Assembly (NCBI GenBank): GCA_964016885.1
Contig: OZ024743.1
Coordinates: forward strand, 112,716,001-112,780,000
From: Eledone cirrhosa
Taxonomy: Eukaryota
Length of the DNA stretch: 64,000 bases
Reading direction: 5' to 3'
Part shown: piece by piece, positions 55,660 to 64,000 of the stretch
Layout of the letters: every line of letters starts with the position of its first letter
Position numbering within the stretch: the first letter of the stretch is position 1
The notes under the pieces: model-generated
Told to the model about the DNA's origin: nothing
Database searches by the model: none
The model's input: the letters and a program-made list of their open reading frames with translations, nothing else
Position numbers and translations under genes: made by a program

Positions 55660-56431
55660 CAGTGTGTGGAAAGAAACTTTCTATTTATAACTGTTAATAA
55701 ATTTCCCGCAAGTGCGAGCCTCGCGTGCTGGTATGGCTCCTCCAACGCGTCTCTTTCACAATCCTCCAGGTAAACGACTTCTCTTTTCTGTCCATCGGGG
55801 CAAATTGCTTATAATAGTAAGAGACGCGGAGAGCGAAATAGACGGAAGCAATGACTATATCAGCATTGCTGAAATATTTTGTAGAGTTAAAGGTTAAGTG
55901 ATTCCGTTAAATACCTTATTCAACTTTTATTCTTTTTGTGACTTTGTTAATCATGGGTCGATTTTCATAAAACATGTTTATTAAAACAGCATAACAGTGG
56001 AAGTACTCTACAGTTTTAACTTTTTATACAGGCACCAACGTTGACCACCAGTGTTTTTAATCGTCTGGTTATATCCTCGATTAACTTCATCAGGAACTCA
56101 GGCAGCATGCTAAACAGTACATGACGAATGCGTTCCCCCAACTGAATCAGAGTTTTTGGTTTTAAGCTATGAACTTAAACCTTCGCCCACCCCCACAGAA
56201 AAGAATCGCATGGTGCTAAGCCAGAGCTTCTTGCTGGCCAATCAGGTGGATCTCGACGTCCAAGACAACGTCCTAGACATTGGACATCAACACACCCACA
56301 GACAGTGCAAGCAAAAGGATGAGTTGACCCATCCTGTATGTATATGAGGTCATTGGTGTTGTCCCATGTGGTCACAGTAGGACAAACATTAGAAGTAATT
56401 TTCAATAGGGACTTTCTTTCCATCCACCTTG
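55660..56431 (-). mobile_element. Tc1/mariner-superfamily relic with TIRs and a transposase DD(D) fragment
   Basis: TA|CAGTGTGTGGAAAGAAA ... TTTCTTTCCATCCACCTTG|TA; LIYIQDG..GRRDPPDWPARSSGLAPCDSFLWGWAK matches QDGA/WPARSPDL.P.DF.LWG. Confidence 0.8.
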
Positions 56432-56917
56432 TATATAATCATGCGTGCATGTGTGTGTTTGTGTGTTTTCTTTATGTGTCACTAGGCTACCTGTGACCAG
56501 TTGGGTAGTCTAGTTGTTACCTAGGTGGAATCTTTTCCTGTCTGTCTTTAACTTGACTGCATTAAGGCTTTTAGGAAATGAAACACAACACAAAGTGCGC
56601 TAACGATCTGATTGGTTATCACGGAGCTGTTGGCTATTTATAAAGGTACCCGGATAAAAAAACCCACATCTCGGGAACCCGTGCTCCGATTTACGCGAAA
56701 CTGGTTTTATTCCATTTGTATTCCCATTTCAGGGGCAGCTCCCTTTCAAAGTATTTTCCCATTATGCGCCATTTTGGCTGTATGAAACTACAGAGAAGCT
56801 CACAATCACAGAGTTTTAGTAGTATATAGATAGATAGATTTTCATTCTTCCATCATATATCAAAATTCCGATTTGATTGTTGTTGCTGATAATGATGATT
56901 ATTATGACGATGAGGAC

Positions 56918-56990
<73 letters not shown>

Positions 56991-57495
56991 CGGAGGAGGA
57001 GGAGGGGGAAGACGACGATGACGACCAGCTGATGACACATGTATTATATATAGGCTGTAGAAAATTCCCTATTATGCCATTTAATTTGCCTTTTGTTATA
57101 AATGAGTTGAATTTTCACGCCAATGTTTTCTTAGCCATTGAAAGGTCTTGTTAAATAATTTACTGTTAGAGAGGATAAGACTCACCAACAGCGAAGCGAA
57201 GATTGAAGTCTAAATTAAACCTTAGAATAGACACTTTACCAAGCGAAGTAAATACAATAACATAGATATCACTCGATAATGCTATCAGAAAAGTTAATTA
57301 GAATACTCTGTATAAGTATTCATCATCTTAATGGTGGCGCATTGGCAGAGTTGTTAGAGTGTCACATAGTATGCTTTACTATATTTGTTCAAAAACTCTT
57401 TGCTCTAAATTCAATTCTCATCTTTGTCAATGTTGATCTTCTTTTTCTTCTTTTTCTTCTTTTTCTTCTTTTTCTTCTTCTTCTTCTTCTTCTTC

Positions 57496-57528
<33 letters not shown>

Positions 57529-58246
57529 GGCACGGAAGTGCTGTCAGACGGATCTGCCCAAGATGCGCACAGAACGACGAGACCGTTCTGCACGCACTTG
57601 TCCAATGTCCGTGCATTACTGAATTGTGGAGTTATGTCGAACAGCTACTGTCGCGTGTGGAACGAATCCGGCTATCGGCCGAGTCCATACTGAAGATCGA
57701 TCCACCGCCTTCCTTAGGTCGGGAAGAGCAGGAAATTTTCCTCTGTCTGGTGGCAGTTGCGAACGAGGTTATACGGTGGACCAGGTTAAAAGGACTGAAG
57801 ACAGACACTTTTCTCTTCGGCCAATCCCTCTTCAACTTCTTCAAGTTTCACCTGGACAGGAAGGTGAGGGTGGAGAGAGAAGTACTGCCCCCCCCCCCCC
57901 CGCAGTACATTTGCTAAAGGGTGGATGAATGTGGCGAGAATGGCTCGTGTGAATGACCATGCGCCTATAGGGTAGCTAACTTGAGGAGAGGTGTGCGTCC
58001 CTGGGTGCCCAAGAAGCGCAGGGTGGTTCAGGATTGGTGAGGTACCCGAGTCACCCCAGGGTCGTCTACCCCCTATCGGGGAATTTATTTTGTTATGTTT
58101 ATGCATAGTTTATTTTATATTTTTATATCTTCATTGTTAAATTAATCTTGCCATTGTGCACTTTTACTCGACCTTATTGTAAACCCCCACTGTCCTTGGC
58201 TTTGTATTGTCCCCTACATGTCGGCCCTTGTGGCTAATGAATGAAA

Positions 58247-58248
<2 letters not shown>
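57529..58248 (+). mobile_element. Tx1 3' fragment (same subfamily as 10665-12118), (ATT)n on both sides
   Basis: RHGSAVRRICPRCAQNDETVLHALVQCP...; its 3' UTR is similar to 11840-12110. Confidence 0.92.
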
Positions 58249-58289
<41 letters not shown>

Positions 58290-58293
58290 TATT

Positions 58294-61200
58294 GGCGACC
58301 TACGTAGGAAATCGTATTATCGTGAGCTCCGCAAAGGTTTGTTGTTTTCAGTTGATTCAAATTACCAGTTATGGAAAATTTGTGTTGTTAAGTGTTTATA
58401 AGTTCACATATATTGCTTTCTGAAAAGGACACAAAAGGATATTGGAGCCTTAAGCCCAAAACTTAAACTTTTTATTTATCAAACAAAATATTTCTTTGAA
58501 AAAAAACATGTACGACAAATTTACTGTTTTTAACAGACCGACACCCCCTCCCCCACCACCACCAACACTAACACCATTGTAAGCCTTGCCACGGATGCAA
58601 ACACTAAATATATAATTACTAGCACTCTGAATTATTTAGATTTGCCACATAAAGACATGGATTTCCCGCCATTATCAACTGCAGGTGTTAAAGCCGCCAC
58701 GCCCACCACCACAATGTCAAAAATAACAACGAAAACCACTGATACCACCACCACCACCACCGCCGCCACCAAAGCGACAACAGAAACCCCAAAAATAAAT
58801 TATTATCTCCTGACATCGAAATGGAATCACCCAGAATCGATTCTTCCACGCCGAACACCACTGACACCACCACCACCTCCACCACAACTGAAACTAAAAA
58901 TAACAATAACTACAACAGCAACAACAACAATGAGAATAACAACAACAACATCAACACCGCCGAAAAACAAAATGTGTCGTTTGCCAAAGCAGCTAACAAA
59001 AGCGAAAAAATAGAGGTAAGCCAGGATGAATTAAATGAAGCCAAGAGAATGGTAAAAAAAGATGGGTACAGGGTCAGCCTCACCCCCACCCCACCCCCTC
59101 ACACACACCTAATAAAATGGAGCCTCGGCGCCTATACACAGTATCTTATCGGACGATAAACACAAAATCACGCCGAGTGGAACGGGCATCCGAGTCTCAA
59201 ATACAAAAGGCTTTGGGACATGTGTGGGCGAAAAAAAACCACATCAGACGTGGGCAGAAATATGGAACCATGGACGTGTTCTTTGGCACACCACAGGAAG
59301 CCAGAGAGCACTCCATGGCCCCATTAAGAAGCGACGATTTCACACTCGTCCCAAGCTATTGTGGCCAGAGACTCGTGAAGATCAGGGTGACCCACGTTCC
59401 ACCGGCCATTGAAATTCCCTGGCTAATGGCTGCCCTCCTCGCCGGCATTGAGGCCAACACGAAAATAATTGAAATAACAAAAGAAAAGCAGGAGAACTGG
59501 TCGGAATCTGGGATGGAGCTCTTGATACAAGCGGACCAAAAAAACATTGAGGAAATTCCAGAGGTGATAGACCTTACTGACGGCAGCCACCTCATCGTAA
59601 TCGTTGAGGGTAGAAGGCGTAGGTGTGTCGTTTGTGGTGAAGGACCCCACCTAAAGGCTTTCTGCTCTCAGGCTAAAAAGTTGAGGCCACCTCTCTTACC
59701 CACCCCAGTAACTCAACCATCAACGCCACCAGCAGCAGAAATGGTAGCAACAACTATAGCAGCAACAACAGAAGCAACTGTAGCAGCAACAACCCCAGCA
59801 ACAGTAGCAAAATCAACACCACCACCACCCAGCGCGCCAGAACTAGCACCAGCGCCTCCACCATCAACCACGCCACAACCAAAACCAACGCCTGTGGAGG
59901 AGTTTCCACTCCCCGACCTATCGCAACTGGAGACAGATTGTAACGACGAGGAGTGGGAAACTGCACCAGGAAAAAGAAAAAAAAAGAAAAAGATACCCAA
60001 AAAAGAAAACATCCTCTTCCTTCCCCCTCCAAAAACACAATACAGGGGGAAACAAATAAACTAACAAACAAAAATGTTAGGACAGCTAAGCCACCATCCA
60101 CACCAGCATCACCAACCTCATCACCACAAACACCAACACCATCACCATCATTAACCCCAACACCACCATCACCAACACCACAAAAGTCACCAAAAAGCGA
60201 AACAGAAATAAACCCACAACAAACGCAAACAAAACAAAACAACCAAAACGATACACATTACACAGCAATAAATTTGAACAACAAGCAGTGAGAAGGATAG
60301 AAAACCATCCTTCCTCTACGGGAAATAAGGTAAGTGGTCTTTCCCATCTTTTCCACTCCTTTTCAACATGACCTCGCTCAGAATAGGCAGCATAAATTCG
60401 CGTCGCTTGGGATCGTTATAGAAGCAGGGCCACCTGCTCAACGACCTCAGGTCACTAAACATAGATGTCGTGGCCATCAGCAAGACCAGAATCTCCGAAG
60501 CACCGGCCTTCGCACCGATCTTCGGCGGCTACGATGTGTACGCATCTCCCAGCCGTCCTGGATCGGGGGGGGGGGGAGTTGCTGTGCTTTTTCGGAGAGG
60601 TTTGGATCTCGTCATACGGGCCATCTTCCTGGACCCAGAAGGTAAGTTGGTGGTGCTGGACGTGACCAGCGGAGACGGGCAAGCTTTCAGGCTAGTGGCC
60701 GTCTATTCCCCGACAGGAGCAGGGCGGCCTGATTTCTTCCGGCGTCTGGAGACCTTTCTTGGAACGTCCCGCTCTTTAGTGTTAGTGGGCGACTGGAACT
60801 GGATCTTAGATGCACGCTGGGACTGTGTGGGAGTAGCAGATAGGGGAGGAGGGTGCAAGAGCCTCACCAACCTGCTCAGGCGTTTTGAACTGTCTGACAG
60901 GTACCGATTGGATTTCCTGAATGTGCCAATGTGGACTTGGACAAACCGCATCCGGTCATCCAAATCATATCTAGATAGAGTATTTTGTAAGGAAATAGAT
61001 AGGTCTAGCATAGGCTGTTCACAATTCAAGATAGTCAGCTACACCGACCACAAATTCGTGATCTATGTGCTTGACTTAGATAGGCTTCATAGACAAGGGC
61101 CCGGCTACTGGAAGCTAAACGCGTCCTTACCAGCGCGCAAGGCCTACATAGACCGGATTAGCGAACTATTTAAGCGGGCGTTGACGGGGGCCATTGTCAA

Positions 61201-62665
61201 AAACAAGTGGTGGATTCCTCTGAAAAGAGCGATTAGAATAGAGTCCATTAGGTTTAGAAAGGCTTTAGCAATAATGAAAAATAGAGCAGAGGGAGAACTA
61301 GTTAGAAAATTAGACGATGCGCTTAGCAAAGGCATCGCGACCGACGTACTTGCGTCGAAATTGGCCCTTCACCAATTCTTCAATGCAAAGGACGAAGGCT
61401 GCGTTGTCAGAGCTAGGGTGGGTGCTCTGAGACACGAGGGAACGAAAGCCGTTCAATGGGCCCGACTGGCGGAAGCACGTCGTGGCAACGAAGCCATGAT
61501 CCGGTCTTTGGTGGACCACGACGGGCGCATGCTACTCGATCCCAGGCAAATGTGTGAAGCTTTTCAGCGACACTTCGCTCAGCTGTTCGGAGGCAGCGGC
61601 GGGCCGGACCGAGGGATAGATTTTAGTGTCTACCTCGACGGACTGCCGCGGCTCTCGGCCACTGAGGCGGAGTGTTGCGAAAAGCCGATAACAGCCGCTG
61701 AAGTACGGGAGGAAATGACTGGCTGCACAAGGGGTAAATCGCCTGATTTGGATGGTCTGCCCTATGAACTTTACGTACAGATGCCAGACTTGTTCAGGGG
61801 CCTCTTGGCGGATGTCTACTGCAACTGGCAACAGAACGGGAGAATTCCCTGCTCTGTGAGCCGAGGAGCGGTGGCGCGGCTGAGAAAGGATCCGCACAAG
61901 GGAGATAACATAGATAATTTCAGGCCCATAACTCTGCTAAACACAGAGTTCAAGATTTGAGCCAAGGTGCTAGCAAAGAAGTTGGCGCTTGTCGTTGGTG
62001 GTCTGGTGGGAGAGGAGCAGACATGCGCCATTCTCGACTCGTGGGTTTATGTCGACTTGTGCTGACTTTGTGGGTTTATGTCGAACACCTGTTATCTCGT
62101 GTAGGACGGATCCAGCGATCAGATGAGTCCATCGTGAGGATTGCTCCGCCCTCTTCCTTTAGCCGGGAAGGGCAGGCAATTTTTATCTGTCTGGTGGCCA
62201 TGGCGAAAGAGATAGTATGGTGGACACGTTTGAAAGGGCTGAAGACGAGCACTTACCTCTTCGGTGATGCCCTGATTAACTTTTTCAAATTTCATTTGAA
62301 AGGAAAATCAGGTTAGAGAGGGAAGTGCTCTCTTCCCAGCATTTTGTTGAAAGATGGGTGAGAGAGGCAAGAATGGCCCGAGTGAATGGGCCTACTCTAA
62401 GTATGTGTCTGTAAATTAAAGGTGGAAAACTGGGAGAGGGCACTTGCCCTGATGGTCAGGTCACTGTGGCCTTTTAATGGGCTTTCTCCACGAATGTCCC
62501 TCGGAAGTCTCCTCCCTATTGGGGATTTTTTCATTGTTATTTTTTGTTACATCCTCTGTTTTTTTTATTTTTTACACGCAGAAATGCCCTTTAGTACCGT
62601 CCTGTATTGTCCTGTACTCTCCTTAATGTCTACTTTATGTAAACCCTTGTGGTTAATAAAGAAAT
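58294..62665 (+). mobile_element. Tx1-clade element C: ORF1 (~58657-60371) and ORF2 from ATG 60368, with a ~1.4-kb internal RT deletion; in (ATT)n
   Basis: ORF1 has CVVCGEGPHLKAFC. ORF2 is nearly collinear with element A to ~62032, then jumps to the equivalent of ~17770. Confidence 0.95.
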
Positions 62666-62689
62666 CATTATTATTATTATTATTATTTC

Positions 62690-62970
62690 TTCTTCTTCTT
62701 CTTCTTCTTCTTCTTCTTCTTCTTCTTCTTCTTCTTCGCCCATTTATTCTTGAGAAGTTTCAAAGAGCACAGTCCTCCCACACTCCCTCCACTGAGTCCT
62801 GTCAAAAGCAACTGCCTCCAATTTATCTGACTAAATCCTGAAGCAAGACCAGACAAAGTCATGGATGTTATCCAAACAGCTTTCTCTGGTCTTCTCCTGG
62901 GTCTCCTGCTAGCTGGTTTTGCCCGTATAATCTATCCAGCAATTCTTTATTTAGACATTCTAACCACATT
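62690..62970 (-). mobile_element. RTE-like LINE 3' end with (GAA)n tail
   Basis: Minus strand VRMS..RIA..I..AKP..RRPRRRP, then AATAAATGGGC(GAA)n; related to 6515-6620. Confidence 0.65.
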
Positions 62971-63518
62971 TAAATATCGCAGCTCCGATACTATATTCCC
63001 TAAATATTATAATTAATGGAACGTACGAAACTGAATTCAATATAAAATTGAAACAACTTATGAAACTCTAATTACCTCACAAATTTAATGTGGCATGAAT
63101 TCATAAAAGCTCAGTGCATTGGAAGGTTGCTGTAACATTGATTAATTCACAAGAAACAGCTGCAAAGACTAGAGGTTTAAAAAACAAAATCTGCCATGAA
63201 TAATAATTTCTAATTTAGGAAACTAGACCAACAATTCATGGGGAGGGGACATTCAATTACATCTACATCAGAATTTGACTGGTACTTTATTTTATCGTCT
63301 TTAGAAGAATGAAAGTTAAAGTTGATTTCGATGAGATTTAAATCTAAAACATGAACAACCAGAACAAATACTGCCATGTATTTGTCCATCGCTCTAACGG
63401 CACTATCAGTCCATCGCCTTTAATCCGCCATAAATAAAGTATTTAAAAATTACAGCTATAAGGAATAATGGTTATTTCAAAACTACGTACAATTGATAAA
63501 TTACATAGTAAAAATTAA

Positions 63519-63694
63519 TCATGAAAAAGCTTCTTTTTTTTTAAATGAATCTGGAGTGAAAAGAGGGACATTAATTCGTGATGAACTCATATGTCTACCG
63601 TCCTGGCATGCAGTATGTCTTGGGCATATTAAACATTTTAAACACTTTAATCCAGCCGGTGCACATCCATCTTCAGGCGGAACACAGCCGATTT
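63519..63694 (-). CDS. Candidate host exon encoding a Cys-rich peptide
   Basis: Polypyrimidine tract plus AAG| acceptor at 63695, then (E)IGCVPPEDGCAPAGLKCLKCLICPRHTACQDG...; non-repetitive; family not recognised. Confidence 0.3.
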
Positions 63695-64000
63695 CTTTCA
63701 GAAAAAGAGACAGATAGAGAAGGAGAGAGGGCCAGAGAGACACTTGACTAATTCATTTATCGACCAAGAAAGGGTGAGAGGCAATGGTGACCTCAAAAGA
63801 ATGACAGCTAAAGTTAACCTCGATGGAATTTGAACACTGAGCGCAATATGCCGGAAGAAATGCCGAGTCAATTTTAATCCATATATTTACGAATCTGTCA
63901 ATAAGACGTCTTCAAAGAGAAATCTAAGTATAACAAAAACAATAACTAGTAAAGTACAGTGGCAACAACAAAGATTAAAGTAATCTTCCTTGAGCATTAC

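Overview
Repeat-dominated eukaryotic DNA, probably intronic or intergenic. The SINE, LINE and microsatellite make-up suggests a cephalopod (octopus-like) genome; this is inference. No host gene is securely identifiable, and most ORFs in the track are translations of (TA)n, (CA)n, (GAA)n, (TAC)n or (GTT)n microsatellites. The real content is: (i) three near-full-length Tx1/L1-clade non-LTR retrotransposons plus 3' fragments, sitting in (ATT)n or (GATA)n; (ii) R4/Dong-like, CRE-like and RTE-like LINE fragments; (iii) a Penelope-like (PLE) GIY-YIG relic and about 10 minimal hammerhead-ribozyme (HHR) motifs, many in fold-back palindromes next to (TA)n; (iv) about 20 tRNA-type SINE copies; (v) hAT and Tc1/mariner MITEs and relics; (vi) minisatellites. 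The top observation concerns two divergent Tx1 families. In both, the whole of ORF2 is bracketed by a perfect AG|GTAAGT donor at the end of ORF1 and an AG|GTG acceptor at or just after the ORF2 stop. Removing this ~3.47-kb 'ORF2 intron' in phase 0 would end ORF1 with V-x-x-stop in both families, suggesting a splicing switch between an ORF1-only mRNA and the full-length RNA. Second, the fold-back junctions of several unrelated PLE tails map onto the hammerhead catalytic core. All alignments were done by eye, so boundaries are approximate unless single-base positions are quoted.
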